A stretch of DNA of 64,000 nt from Candidatus Omnitrophota bacterium (GTDB lineage: Bacteria; Omnitrophota; Gorgyraeia; Duberdicusellales; 4484-171): positions 4,781 through 68,780 of the forward strand of contig JAHISK010000055.1 in assembly GCA_018818105.1 (NCBI GenBank), written 5' to 3'. The notes under the pieces are model-generated. The model saw nothing but the letters and a program-made list of their open reading frames with translations, had not been told where the DNA came from and did not search any database. Of the stretch, positions 21,001-25,324 are shown in pieces. The number at the start of each line of letters is the position of its first letter. The stretch's first letter is position 1. Position numbers and translations under genes: made by a program.

Positions 21001-21515
21001 GCGGCTATTGTGCTAGGATCACCATTTAACTGTCTCATTAATCGCCACATAACCGTATCATCAGCACTTGCCGACGGAAGAAGAAGATTTATAATTCCCT
21101 GAAACAATCCTTTTAAACTGCTTTTATTCGTAGATGCCTTCGGCGAAAAACGTTCAGAAAGCTGTTTATATACTTGAAATAAAAGTTCGGGATTAGTCTT
21201 TAATTCTGTGATTTCTTCTTGCGTAAAGGGTAATTTAGATAATTCTTCAATGATTTTATCTATTGGAAGGAGATTCTTTAAATTCTGAATATTGGCCTTT
21301 GCAAGAAGAGGAATATCTAAACTGCCGCTTCTAGCCCAGGCAACATTAGATATAATAAGCGAAAAAGACAAAAATAACGCGATAATCCTCATCCAAGGTT
21401 TAACCCGCGGTTTCTGCAAATCGCTTACAGACAAAAAGCCGTCCTCTTGATTATTCTTATTAGAAAAATCTTGAGGATTTAAATTATTTATATTATTAGG
21501 TCTTCCCTCGCCCAT
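1..21515 (-). CDS. Giant secreted multidomain protein, at least 7171 aa, 3' end outside the window
   Basis: ATG at 21513-21515 gives MGEGRPNN...KPRVKPWMRIIALFLSFSLIISNVAWA (signal-peptide-like). The same frame was translated by hand and is open at 3-60, 300-480, 660-840, 1260-1440, 2100-2520, 3480-3540, 4440-5220, 6060-6120, 9120-9780, 14280-14460 and 19500-20040. The track lists no minus ORF in this frame, which fits there being no stop in the window. Confidence 0.93.
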   Translation of the reverse strand, partial: MGEGRPNNINNLNPQDFSNKNNQEDGFLSVSDLQKPRVKPWMRIIALFLSFSLIISNVAWARSGSLDIPLLAKANIQNLKNLLPIDKIIEELSKLPFTQEEITELKTNPELLFQVYKQLSERFSPKASTNKSSLKGLFQGIINLLLPSASADDTVMWRLMRQLNGDPSTIAAEAVITQIKQSPVVIDLSAQERTNFMEFVARIYGIDTQVSDVENQATTAVLPTSEPFVAVLPVAPIRGKQGEFGIEENDDTVGDTDVSDGSIITNDNVLTQNQGVINDYLEVLTTYFYYCQDQRVVEAAEQIVADADTEVPVITVEPESVVYEDIAPANEDVLANSNNDDIVDNLVGVGASVSEVPISDDIGGYQQEYAGSQYDMVSQGYSPVLNTNSLFTIENTDSKKPIDIYNNIMPSNGPPASELPQKNDIVFDIVDTVNPANDQTTLFFYLNEVNNDCPEGSFGLNPDTVLNQITYTSISSRGPPTNDTVNDTLPISTSINPITTIFNVNDANCATYILEGLTPNGDLPVAANPLIDSDGMTTMDNLQENAGILGYDLDGFTGLNLENIADTLARDGVFIAHVTLADGRGHYIRVVDVNLETGAFTYISNGEEVKAIADTVTTDEGNISYRFTTEEGDTCYWQGTGLATRGSVKESEAGPRKLTNPEMKDIKAGAVGSNVNIVFTDAWGMDPGYTTSNWLDDYFSYEISINDMRYITAFIFIDGELYVVDFSCFFNELDNEGLQSRTDMGNLDLLLLMLRGIQEGTQADQSDLDYVKDFLVKQGINKEEGYILGQEFMWDRNYSRGKMVSIVERPHDFLQETYLLSGTPGEEEFKIDVCIWQSDFIAKTWKYVQFNNLGAIIDNKKLSFNIDYGPIVLALTARVSEHFNGEQFFPEDEANWPQEVKDLLTRSKLSRQITNMLSYLVYLGIEFAPEGKPFRRNVRWSSTSLGAIEQKGDVLWVAGGQTGIDNIDCYKVFVEELSDDPDVKNYNKIDLSLQRFANELPAMLAQVKEDFHPGFADFEETIKNMTISDFKAVIGYMLNNSEVIEFVNSEEEDGGVIEEHTPFSQILSGANPYLNLNNAADLNMGLVEAMSNIGEFTYSESIEYTYNDAGGLVDYQEKETKYFLSRDYNLVVIDSKTLKGHNYFSIDEIKANEAEIIAGVKAITGEADDKIRNDMYANLGAADPDSTKPLLSCVVTEQSPMYMIMTDDYTKDITTEHFCHSDTHEYQYWSESQGAISARDVRDMYESSISDPEAGVCVGVSSSHTGGTGRKCGLWGSSTKVTRLRTYKSKRDNKIETKFLFNQYYSSTDEDEGEFEGQAFQITEIKSTWFSSPMAYIVAKVNGLDITTDIDNDNNMFNSDKDGGMVTLNYDLSLKGDNNEGCIRERNTTYDIKYVNFDDKFEVVSSRTKSEEFKEKKITLKEEFGNRGISQEDIDILTEEQIIEKPRDYNDYIVWNVVDSKDLEEKLIDAGVENREAILGAYNEVSQDKIVGVGSATWRIVEDSKYRRVGQGSKRGEKIASYKETIYVETEDQFGQKFNDSVVDLPEEHYIEKNHITFIYDEYGEYLSTKKDRYESKPYFGVNSDLLEMWNDDAVEMTNPDGTIPVLFVSDDSDGVAANDNALAVDSINKTETLPEEIDALEEKEQVLCDASGRGVLVTGYVLEEDGTKSIHHYAVTYDKAGKACYWEIGDGDFTSIKNMFVGQPVSSRRMTVQDIYIVSPVFEISPKFIDENAEEVTYMPYQSEYVLTDPADRPILVIGNEERTVNLQFEYNPPPYCSETDLGSYTFWYIDENTGKRYELGTYSESYDGSVYVRDGKITLQYELVLDSNGGTIKKVVGATTTLTIKHFYAVKYQYNQETQEYDTTYYELVGNYTKIDQAWNNLKQAFMLNPRSSDDGEEKSSEYNLGPYGTGAYNWISLVRFMHANHDRFVEEGLIDKYQGLEEYGPYGCKIFTHITESVLSTGNYRLVLSSTEGYVDEAVGRDPRWGTVSSIRWEILDVAGFSVMTWSWADKPYLRGNFDNLDEAVDWVTRQIADLAAHHAWYDTAKVDYYNKLLRAIENGDAQISIAPGGSGVEVKVGSEDVVFADEDEKFNNYTEEYCQAIAAGDSTAAANAWRGITERADRARLEEEKPSVQFGMLRNSFSGKEAAYYATIQTDDKERAHIAHNFVKFNGPRKSAVETMMYYRPGSMSNDHLWYQSVQEFKYFFGTLVLCAMWMNAHNHYYGKQTESGFLGITKKTTTQVQDVITETFMDIGGAICSQEIDTYSNQETSSTFLGVDFDDLGEAVEDFIGGDLGEIIGDLAETAIVLCLGVVLFPLSFISYLEGGFVSSSAETTRVQSDKDMIDYEEENIDVDKGLMWWVWTIIIIIVAIVIAVVVTIYSAGTLGAPMAALVGALCAALFSAVVAGTKAAMTYNIQHKFDNDSASDAVEAGSNDHRLEEENDKPDSMWEAFGDGFMDSIYQSGDSWIITIAMTILRMIPVVGEIIDGVYKIVSEILNGIAEILTQLIEFLDEIVKACVSNAGNFAYLSYLPAALAQVLRMGIWGLRWCIEAVNNYMLASTDNDQKPPKGTEKAGLSVSEGPWSERFSNAFARISYSVGPAGGNLSMQAANGAQLSQLWGEIIQAGLVQGAGMYLAEEMDNDALRIFAMVLVQALINDMMVKIDSNNNGQEIIFRDRESLVKENAELEMAGYEKPSITETYLKDTLGYVFVNFFQSYCTTLLTDWLISAAEVEDPTAADLYVNEETIDGIHYKWGTNDKGVMSENERKNRPENRFWRGLISSAVDEGITAPMFVLDVDSNSSNFGQYRFVKASSSIGGSGQELFTALFEMAYHNGEWKYNPPPARSGEGKRLDLFFNNTVIDVNAEYYDKEYFCDKTSITENELTALINSGVVRVVEGKAGQEFILWNISGVLTREDLTARLRDADVLLAAVGQGELSVDKVAAILSLWETAKFEFVYRDINGSEKTQDLKQAARNYKERVRGKNTFNSSLEIDGTYCAVALSETAGKKLRNVLAQNPARLIISQDGVLIEAAVVSVDDDGITIFRAGKEGPVKEKIPADKIAGIIGGTYVEINGRKVLVLGINGGQTSYLTEDSEGKLVVKTVESKEFKPASGVAWIDFEGMLKFVDSNFERYLAESFDDKDSKNKPEKTGILMSAGQPYNPSYTVGSSYYDSTRLLLSQNGSKKRGTGSYFGFFGEDWLDALRRWVMNFIMTLRDGTVLTGPGSAVLEGGVPAGVIAHPDFDSGYYDFYQEEENPIITVVSRYLRPELNLEKNINIGSLISNAAYGYSKYPGDLSVSRMWQVTGETSRGNLEVREVLKKTVTIDGKEEVRFSFGEIIVIDKVAAADDFVLMNTRNSSIKTYVFFGRDISEFAIVEPRPDVERLKSAISVTETVSQSQTDVAGALAKPAPRGMPIIFDKTEYACYVDLNDRGQPVIKTVNEVFPGITPQMRDVLRQFGRTIPEYSIDMDKRAEEEYEPRQLYSAWGQSVVAYMMDSDVYPENREFGTNMTGIYQGYQDVFSDIAYKLCELGVSTVAVSDIENYVGVLGQIAERDGKHFNLATALGDEKLFPELSYDIREKIAPYFAILYYSFVIKTEFSSSLVSGGISPESQERIAAASNELKQLVNKNIKSNPRLKSILGIVTLKTIADVVTENMFVSRDYFIKRGQWEQLCACGVIVLDASDSSQGAGRWNKFSGPAELNDKLSAEGIFDKEEILDIWEGLFYKHLEVVTGYKQGMGVFTSVQMQAAGDYINYGPAYKASLLMRILSPLTAVVAGLSKGGELVAAMFDKDSNPRLPKDTDLTVPVPDNVAFIPEEEGAIAHLADSQKIRDQIGIVAIDDPDYESKVVLLDWCTMLAALEEYYYNTGLSNNSPPFYRTEEGRIVFNIDMSQIREVLDAAGYKREEIDEFIVLLFIHESQPTESQAIAAQLDYIKLSRTLKIEVGDKRYNCAVNALSAFLIINGGDLGVSADQLPAVLVDLLLEFTEEVVGEDGQVSFSISMLGMFNAAKELGIDLSGKKFNTENLTTEQKQELLAVLVEIGPFIAHFDDHFVTFLGVDSEGNVIYLDNGKTKIVEFDKFLELWTGNALISKDKEIAVRGKAENLDEEAMANVRGRKIDDGVNDKEDDPDNRINELLNGNPQKGYNENDEESDARVEIPLLIPVVNFLPSKMRGTTQVIGPNSIESDLPSINDSSDIGDITNWAINNLNKLEGVNGDTYLESIVAYIDSIFGGQDSEITYHVSQVVDQGSFGDIVVGYLVEIAVQNINMMIGYSVSDGDELIDDFEQLVNDTNKIVDGFDEVETTDSVKQEKAKTVSVNVPKNDKKEDLKILKRVLNAVLLSRKGDYKFDVNTVIENDKGQSICSLVIFGEKMGRFYKLLAGSSFRESVYSDYSSKDRNGDSSKENLVGKNTSNKTENKDEKNSSENENEIMSTMLAQELVKAMVSTDNNQMINKAVCAIICFLNKLDDSCDNSGLLSSKPQENPNNKPLIIWAGSLEFPQGTNDVSCNGKTIAISGFQTENPGKLAKFVDSISKGVLSVEGAGNLEADQDDVAANSVDGSVGSKKIPFIQDKIVVVALLGGAAVSRIPQNLPAIAVNGETIKGVGGNPVIFVLLDKVYSENQKVLIDNLDIVYEKLQKIMAGLFINGPPGNSLCTKVDSQQSREFANVFILPSHENDNIVSSNAVNRISFLSYIIANVLKFESAPVKGEDLFVVVSKAMRDYLSMNPNVVLMPIYAVLGVDSNGVVTLVLSNSFGEDVQPVKAMEVSGGKYFSNESKIEYYVETTKETNFAIDIDGKLYIVKYMSDVRSPNSIGEYLAKYGNVRNGPRGIVPPEIRLPWIETSDKKIPASLIKQIGVNRFGLLVELFKDLDKACVFLENFAQVVEIIGVDLMKFVDEFLETAGSAIGSLEKILGRDIVDSAWEKDVKTYIVVLLDFDKFRDKFEELFERYPFGKKRVLNVIEKYGFGAFINIFYAEVEKDRQIIRDIAADIKGIEECYAYLMDIDNIFDNLGIPGLDKAQEILSHMPSLDNLIKSPFAEKEYKIYQLAVLLFYQNLTFRFSKEEYTALVDRILLFSHFSDSYEINHLFEMGIGAIQVYINFMQKFAVEAGLSIEEYDELSKGIFIALLSHEQAHSFISCHVDDAIHEFVAERVARQVIHNLNIFKLIENQIIIEAWEKVSLYGMYSVAKEGNSMVTGKYETAFAQLEWIESHPIDENTFSDSAVDIVRGYPNMKFGDFLRQLLITYRLRLNGFMLSVPKAYKEMNIIERIYSPVSYLMVSPDEISSILYWPIDCFYKKDNSFFRVNWEVTSGDPITEFNNNKEKAVGLLTKYGLVPEDIEFRYGTVAGVQLFINRVDDSSQPDKLIICCSPAVVEYLKQNFSGEELPVVLAAVILEEYLEKTGKPHLEAREVRMAFLAGYDKEITNKILKLESLAALEWMISGEDKMNSDPFKEGEKNSRSNANLPNPKDEHPFDKFSFGPGNFSSQICDPSFKPLLSDFQRNFLVAFFNLIEDFNESIGSGIGEFLTKDFGKGYNGHNLLSFLLLPQVYHVILDLSRVYDYSGNMGGGYGWPNILANPCSTDLCSTAGLEQGLIDNQVSDIQTGNNGNISGPVTFGNGTSTTFPSGTRYGDGSGVSNNSCQSSAISSQQEINTNNSSREQTADSRKPINISGLTIPTSPNKVESGSFYFSTHAQPESKVVNSFELTQLQEVLKITRDLSGPEKSSLHEAFAIWDEIAGENIKNTNGVEDVEDISGNTLKEAIDAKAKITFLACDMKEVMRILDPGVSYEYIDALTIGGARLGQGRDVKGKLIIVLLDQSIFAEDKFEYLMSALGHEFGGNVWFAIKDRVMEDKYIGNSALRRAYMEQLSFGQNCNNLRQLKSRLERRKKEVPSEWLSEIESMIAGVDERLKIEEKSFAVWKSQYVSIREKGGVSLPNQPVKDDSGDCTVGVLWDSFKDRMPTCFISSVAAGLFKGKDKKQRMISSEDINHVGFYGSAKEKVSENVFPITLGRESLGWASVVMSLKSPIDISGDEFVKVYVKFNSEKDKLGIPRARLMFFDDKWNRFDIVAASVKGELEGDCFVFDLKKLDIYRLFDFDKSRVVHIGLGIGDDSLSRGAYLGIEEGRKAMIEDLDCQVNIEKVVFLKQGDEKVGIPTIEGLLKEFEEYRNDNADVNNLIDKHGQDQVISLLDRAVLEDGSNQVYLSLARTVEARPELAKQLSEEAVAKLLKVYKQNVSDWKKTLLSKGVISAREIVSRGQRITLLNNIESVLVCLSENSPLVVSRIYEELGDSYNYRVRKIFGWIDSPKELAVAQWVINAADKINERSQKLGFETRISPAFLYSAAIGEGFGLRMNTKGYYKFADKNEYWAEISDMIGMHHWLDSIQVELGEVKAVGLLDKDVQVTKDIPGSQFKTGQEALDILAAFLVYRGEKFVKNAERILGKGQVSRMSAIERDFWTYAFYNGPSAAMSMLSQRKGRTAEDFMRVDGDNDNMWNSVKCNAVRVVSQEEALYKLGVFAGEKEEKQSKANSVLGKIASIINWAFSFVGSAEAGPGEAVKLADYDNRDMSGVCSEMISQKGVYADVNYKLGPDGWIEIEKYMSSPQRYNVSNGDELINVVVVGAKVYGYTNTEDIIINLGASSVIRKPLEDAEDDVDVEADNRRNVIGVMQVDCDLGVACYKIYYDDEKYLGRLSFSLGQDGFLVYKDHQNPISYKPTLQDGEALESVSWDLEVAELYLETSNRKIAVDMLISKVLKDEIKTDSDIKLNNSERGLIRIKCNRSDVSKNDWEEVPYLNEVFNSNSHKGVGASHGRIIFCSDEGIDSVEFMLDAQAAVSFEPVNYWQAYIYSRLRNIMGDKFREERSRKENIGIRNVLPETEVVEEEVEYWQNELDNYEVNQEWIENVYEVNQEWIENVYEVNQEWIENVSASESRYMGRAIDYNRAMPGVALNVAEKEANTKASQWSSLKIVDFNEINKNFTLAIDWLLTKYSHNEVSSFLEYVSRSGKTRAGPSEYLHSAFIPGKGWFINEKETENPFQLSLSFIHEFGAYLGQSHEDNLANEKEFAQTFMRTHPVFANLSVNFDKKIYSLGVTKYEYDVKSEEMIFHFDAATQAMIKANLPYDALPYALKQFNPSALIVVPDQDAKWMLAGSAQAQDYVDDSKGG
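716..816 (-). repeat. Three perfect 33-bp tandem repeats in frame in the giant ORF (YEVNQEWIENV x3)
   Basis: aaacattttctatccattcttggttcacttcat at 716, 749 and 782, no spacers. Confidence 0.95.
1950..2600 (-). other. Lysozyme-like / lytic transglycosylase-like domain of the giant protein
   Basis: ISPAFLYSAAIGEG (helix ending in a candidate catalytic Glu) followed by DFWTYAFYNGP (AYNxG-like motif). Confidence 0.55.
3090..3560 (-). other. Galactose-binding-like / CBM-type beta-sandwich domain of the giant protein
   Basis: GWASVVMSLKSPIDISGDEFVKVYVK...FDKSRVVHIGLGIG...IEDL resembles the CBM11/CIA30-like pattern. Confidence 0.45.
4442..4676. repeat. Two palindromic elements plus heptamer repeats, translated in frame within the giant ORF
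   Basis: ttccggactca...tgagcccggaa (4442-4487); tccagacccgt...acgggcccggaa (4596-4671) with internal hairpins; tctgctg and agctgat heptamers between them. Confidence 0.75.
4829..4878 (+). promoter_or_regulatory. Sigma70 promoter and RBS for the nested antisense gene
   Basis: TTGACA (4829-4834), 17-nt spacer, TGg-TACACT (4852-4857); AAGGAG (4873-4878) 8 nt before the ATG. Confidence 0.8.
4887..5156 (+). CDS. DUF1640/CCDC90-like coiled-coil protein with C-terminal TM anchor, nested antisense in the giant ORF
   Basis: LREKLTDAGADAFVEIL...ERFERRIADLRTEIAGTKAELIKWMFIFWIGQIG family pattern; own promoter and RBS. Confidence 0.85.
   Translation: MTVIALPKILREKLTDAGADAFVEILDKVEERNQKVTLEIAEERFERRIADLRTEIAGTKAELIKWMFIFWIGQIGVTTAIFFTFLKRI
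6030..6200 (-). other. Zinc-metallopeptidase (gluzincin-like) motif in the giant protein
   Basis: LLSHEQAHSFISCHVDDAIHEFVAE: HExxH at 6099-6113 plus a downstream Glu. Confidence 0.65.
8008..8087. repeat. Third palindromic element of the TCCRGRCYC...GRGCCCGGAA family, in frame in the giant ORF
   Basis: aattccaggctc ... gagcccggaatt termini match the elements at 4442 and 4596. Confidence 0.6.
9156..9660 (-). other. Peptidase C39-like domain 2 with downstream leader-like motif
   Basis: YNCAVNAL...SMLGMFNAAKELGI...GPFIAHFDDHFVTFLG...IYLDNG...FLELWTGNAL (Cys/His/Asp present), then LDEEAMANVRGR. Confidence 0.85.
14280..14620 (-). other. Hydrophobic helical hairpin (translocator/pore-like) in the giant protein
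   Basis: GLMWWVWTIIIIIVAIVIAVVVTIYSAGTLGAPMAALVGALCAALFSAVVAG. Confidence 0.7.
19506..20000 (-). other. Peptidase C39-like domain 1 with downstream leader-like motif
   Basis: ANCATYILE...GMTTMDNLQENAGILG...VFIAHV...GHYIRVV...YISNG...WQGTGL, then KLTNPEMKDIKAGA. Confidence 0.75.
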
Positions 21516-21535
21516 ATCTTTTTTACTTCCGGCAT

Positions 21536-21740
21536 AAAAAAAAGCCGGGTTACCTTTTGAGGTAACCCGGCTATCCTGAATCAATTTTGTACCGAAAGAC
21601 GATAGATGTCCGTTCTCTACATCGCTCGGACGATAAACGTTCTTATACTCTCGTTTTTCGTCCTTCGTCTTACATCCTTCGTTACTAGGACCCGTGGCTT
21701 TGCGCCTCCCGATTACTCGAGATTTGCCATTTCTGAAAAA
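21536..21740 (-). ncRNA. c-di-GMP-I (GEMM) riboswitch with overlapping intrinsic terminator
   Basis: Minus strand GGCAAAtctcga-GTAA-tcgggaGGCGCAAAGCCACGGGTCCTA...GGATAGCCGGGTTACC; terminator agccgggttacc-tcaaaa-ggtaacccggct followed by a U tract. Confidence 0.9.
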
Positions 21741-21777
21741 GCGTTAAACTCTAATTATTGTTGTCAAATCGTAGTTA

Positions 21778-21806
21778 AATATACCACACTAATCTAATGT
21801 TTTCAA
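21778..21806 (-). promoter_or_regulatory. Sigma70 promoter of the riboswitch and giant gene
   Basis: TTGAAA, 17-nt spacer, TATATT, with extended TG. Confidence 0.7.
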
Positions 21807-21850
21807 GCAAAAATAAGCTTTTTTTTAAAAAAAATTCAATATTTTACTAA

Positions 21851-21968
21851 ATGATATTGTTATGATTCGGCTTGATATCGTTATGATATTGTTATGATAT
21901 CATTGTGATGCTGTATCATACAAATTCACCACCTAAAAAGATCCTCATATAACCATATCATAACCATG
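21851..21968. repeat. Degenerate 11-bp repeats (ATGATATTGTT) with inverted copies
   Basis: atgatattgtt atgattcggct tgatatcgtt atgatattgtt atgatatcatt, then aaccatatcat. Confidence 0.6.
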
Positions 21969-22065
21969 GTAGACGTCCCTAAAGGAGGGCCCTATAAAAA
22001 ATTTTAAAAATTTGAAAGAAAAACACCTTCTCATTCGTCTATTATATAAGAGGGTGAAATTCACA

Positions 22066-22617
22066 ATGAAAAACAGAAAAAAGAACAGATTGCTTGGATA
22101 TGATTATCGGCAATATGGCTATTATTTTGTAACCATTTGTAGCAACAATAGGATCAAATGGTTTGGAAATATTGAAAATAACCATATGGTTTTAAATCTA
22201 TCTGGGCAAATTGTTCGACAACAATTGCAATGGTTAGAAAAAAGGTATTCGTATATAAAATTAGATGAATACATTATTATGCCCAATCATATACATGGAA
22301 TAATAATTATAAAAAATTATGTAGGGAACGGTCGCGACCGTTCCCTACAACAAATAAAATCATTATCATCAATAATAGGCGCGTTTAAAACAACGTCGTC
22401 AAAATTAATCCATCGAAATAAATTATTAGAATTCAAATGGCAAAAATCATTTCATGATCATATAATCAGAAACGATAAATCATTACACCAAATCCGCGAA
22501 TATATTATAAATAACCCTCTGAATTGGAATAACGATGAAAATAATATTATTCCAAAATATAGTAAGGACGGTATCTCCAAAAAGCCCCTCCCGACAATAA
22601 AAAACCGGCTATTTTGA
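22066..22617 (+). mobile_element. REP-associated tyrosine transposase (RAYT, Y1 HUH family)
   Basis: GYYFVTIC, MPNHIHGII, WQKSFHDHIIRN, YIINNP; likely start MKNRKKNRL at 22066. Confidence 0.92.
22321..22348. repeat. GTAG-type REP palindrome inside the RAYT gene
   Basis: gtagggaacggtcgcgaccgttccctac, a perfect palindrome. Confidence 0.85.
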
Positions 22618-22630
22618 AATAGCCGGAATT
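22598..22630. terminator. Hairpin terminator between the convergent RAYT and WD40 genes
   Basis: aaaaaccggctattt-tg-aaatagccgg. Confidence 0.65.
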
Positions 22631-22656
22631 ATAATCATCTAGTTTTAGGTATAATT

Positions 22657-23838
22657 TTAATTTGGCTGGAGATATTCAGATATTACGTTTTCTTTAGGAT
22701 TAGCTTCCTGAACCGCTTCCACTCCCGATTCAGATATTAAATCCCGCCAGTTATAAATAAATACTTTTCCTTCTTTTCCCGCTACGGCTAAGTATTTACC
22801 ATTATTAGAAAAAGCAAAATCAAATATCGGCTGACTTGAAAACACAGGTATCAATTTAATCAATTTCATTGTGGAAAGATCCCAAATACGTAAATCACCA
22901 AACTGACTCGATGTAACAAAAAACTTATCATCTCTAGAAAAACCTACTCTGGTCACCCATCCCTTATGAATATAATACAGTATCGGCTCATCTGATAGAA
23001 GCAATTTTCCTTTCTTGAAATCTAGGCGCCAAAGATTAGCAATATTATCCGCGCCGCCGGAAGCAAGAAACCCTCCCTTGGGAGAAAATTTGGCGTCTAA
23101 CACTATATGCATATGCGCCTCTAAGATTTTTTGCGTATCTTTAGTTCCTATAGGCCATATACGTATTTCTTTATCTTTACCTGAAGAAACTAAATATTTA
23201 TTATTTGGATGAAACGATACCGAATACACACTACCTTGATGTCCCGTTAAAGACGTGACATGATAAAACCCGCCATCTTTAGCCTCCCAAAGCTCAATTA
23301 AATTGTCTAAATTAGCTGACGCCAATATACTATTATCCGGCGAGAATTGAAGAGCATCTATCGTTCCTGTATAAGCGCGAATTGTTTTTACCAAACTTTT
23401 ACTGGCAATATCCCAAACTTTAATAAACTGGTCTGCCCCGCCGGAAGCAAGATACTTACCGTCGGATGAAAACGCGACAGCATAAGCTTCTTTAGCGTGT
23501 CCCGCTAAAGTAAAACCTAATGAAAACCGCTTCTTAGTTTCCCACAATTTTATGCCACCACTTCTATCGGCTGTAACTAAAAATTCATCATTTTTGGGAG
23601 AAAACGCTACTGCCAATACAGGAAAATCTAACGTTACTTCTCCTACATGAGGAATTTTTCGTAAAATCCCCGCTTCAGCCATTATTGTATCCAAGCTTTG
23701 TTTTCTAGCCGCGCCGACAACTGTGTCCCCAGAATCTTGAGAAAACACTCCTCTCTCTGAAAGCAAAAAAAAGAGACTGACCAATATACCGATAAAAACA
23801 AACAAAAATATGTTTTTTCTAATCTTATAAATTTCCAT
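22657..23838 (-). CDS. Exported WD40 beta-propeller protein
   Basis: N-terminal hydrophobic segment; multiple GH...WD repeats. Confidence 0.92.
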   Translation of the reverse strand: MEIYKIRKNIFLFVFIGILVSLFFLLSERGVFSQDSGDTVVGAARKQSLDTIMAEAGILRKIPHVGEVTLDFPVLAVAFSPKNDEFLVTADRSGGIKLWETKKRFSLGFTLAGHAKEAYAVAFSSDGKYLASGGADQFIKVWDIASKSLVKTIRAYTGTIDALQFSPDNSILASANLDNLIELWEAKDGGFYHVTSLTGHQGSVYSVSFHPNNKYLVSSGKDKEIRIWPIGTKDTQKILEAHMHIVLDAKFSPKGGFLASGGADNIANLWRLDFKKGKLLLSDEPILYYIHKGWVTRVGFSRDDKFFVTSSQFGDLRIWDLSTMKLIKLIPVFSSQPIFDFAFSNNGKYLAVAGKEGKVFIYNWRDLISESGVEAVQEANPKENVISEYLQPN

Positions 23839-23907
23839 ACCACCCCTCCATCTTTTTCAATTCTTCCGTCTTCTGGTTTCTATACTCTGGTTTCTGATTA
23901 CTCTATA

Positions 23908-25296
23908 TTATATCCCATACTCTTCCAATCCTAAAATTCTTAGTTTTCTTCCGTCTTCTACTTCCCCATGAGCCTCTAAAACTATAATATCCGATTCCTT
24001 TATGCCGCTTAAAATCTGAGTATAATCCGGACCCATATAACCTATTTTCACTTCTCTAAAGGTTATAGTTCCACTGCCTTCTCCTCGTTTAATTTTTTCT
24101 AAATCAATACCTTGATCTAATTTAACCACAGGAATAACAACAACATCCGGCGTCATTTGTAACAAGCTCATTGTTGGAACCATTATTTCTGAATCGAATT
24201 TTGCTAGAAGAATCGAAACCTGCGCGAACATCCCAGGAAGAAGAACTTTTTCTTCATCCACAATATTAACCTCGGCTTTCATTGTCCGGCTTCTTCCTTC
24301 AACAATAGGATAAAGATTACCTACTTTACCAATGAATTCTTTATTAGGATAAGCGTCTACTTTAATTACCGCTGTCTGTCCAATAGAAGCTTTATGAATA
24401 TCACGTTCCACAACACCAACCTCGGCATATACATCTTTAAGCCCTAACAAGTTTACTACAATATCCCGCGGTGTAAAAAATTCTCCCTCTTCAGCATCCC
24501 GCGATCCAACTATACCGTCTATCGGCGAGCGTAACTCTGTTTTTTCTAGCGAAGACGTGGCCATCTTAAATTCCTCTTGAGACACTCTTACCTTAGCCCG
24601 TTCACTTTCAATCCGTAGCTTAACTTCTTGTAATTTGCTTTCTATTATCGCTCCTTTGTCATATAATAAAGTATTTAACTCCAGCTCCTTTTCAGCTGCC
24701 CCTAACGCCGCGGTATCAGAGTCCAGTTTACCTTGAGCACGAGCTATCGCTAATAGTGAATCCTTCTTATTAAGTATCGCGATAATTTCTCCTTCTTTTA
24801 CGCGGTCGCCTTCTTTTACCATAATTTTATCAATAACCCCTTCTTTTTCAAACCTCATCTTAATTTCTTTCGAGCTTTTAATATCTCCCGTTACTGGTAA
24901 CGCGTTTTCATACCTTACCTTTTTCACGTTAAATACCCTCGCCGGCAAAGGCGGTTCCTGACTAACTTCTTCTCCCTGCTGCAACAGCTTACCCAAAATA
25001 CCCTGAATTTTTTCTTCTTTCGAGGCTTTTTCATCTTCATGATATTTTTTTTGTTCCTCTAGCATCTCCAGCAAAGAAATATCCTCTTCTCCCTCGCCAT
25101 TTGTTTCATCCGCTAAATTAGAGTCTTCTTCTACCACGTATCCCGAAGCATATTCTTCAGTGTCAACTGAAACAGATTCTATCTCTTTTCCCCTATTTAC
25201 TCGTTGAGCCCTTTGAGATGAATCCCATAAAACTAACACCGCAAAAATAACTATAATCACCACAAAAACAAAAAATAATTTCTTTTTCTCATTCAT
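23908..25296 (-). CDS. RND membrane fusion (periplasmic adaptor) protein
   Basis: N-terminal TM; VKEGDRVKEGE lipoyl motif; LRSPIDGIV; LLPGMFA. Confidence 0.93.
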   Translation of the reverse strand: MNEKKKLFFVFVVIIVIFAVLVLWDSSQRAQRVNRGKEIESVSVDTEEYASGYVVEEDSNLADETNGEGEEDISLLEMLEEQKKYHEDEKASKEEKIQGILGKLLQQGEEVSQEPPLPARVFNVKKVRYENALPVTGDIKSSKEIKMRFEKEGVIDKIMVKEGDRVKEGEIIAILNKKDSLLAIARAQGKLDSDTAALGAAEKELELNTLLYDKGAIIESKLQEVKLRIESERAKVRVSQEEFKMATSSLEKTELRSPIDGIVGSRDAEEGEFFTPRDIVVNLLGLKDVYAEVGVVERDIHKASIGQTAVIKVDAYPNKEFIGKVGNLYPIVEGRSRTMKAEVNIVDEEKVLLPGMFAQVSILLAKFDSEIMVPTMSLLQMTPDVVVIPVVKLDQGIDLEKIKRGEGSGTITFREVKIGYMGPDYTQILSGIKESDIIVLEAHGEVEDGRKLRILGLEEYGI

Positions 25297-25324
25297 AACT
25301 TTTCTCTCCCTTAAATATTACTGA

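Noticed and set aside
21606-21797. 63-aa plus-strand ORF
   Set aside because: Lies antisense to the riboswitch leader with no coding features
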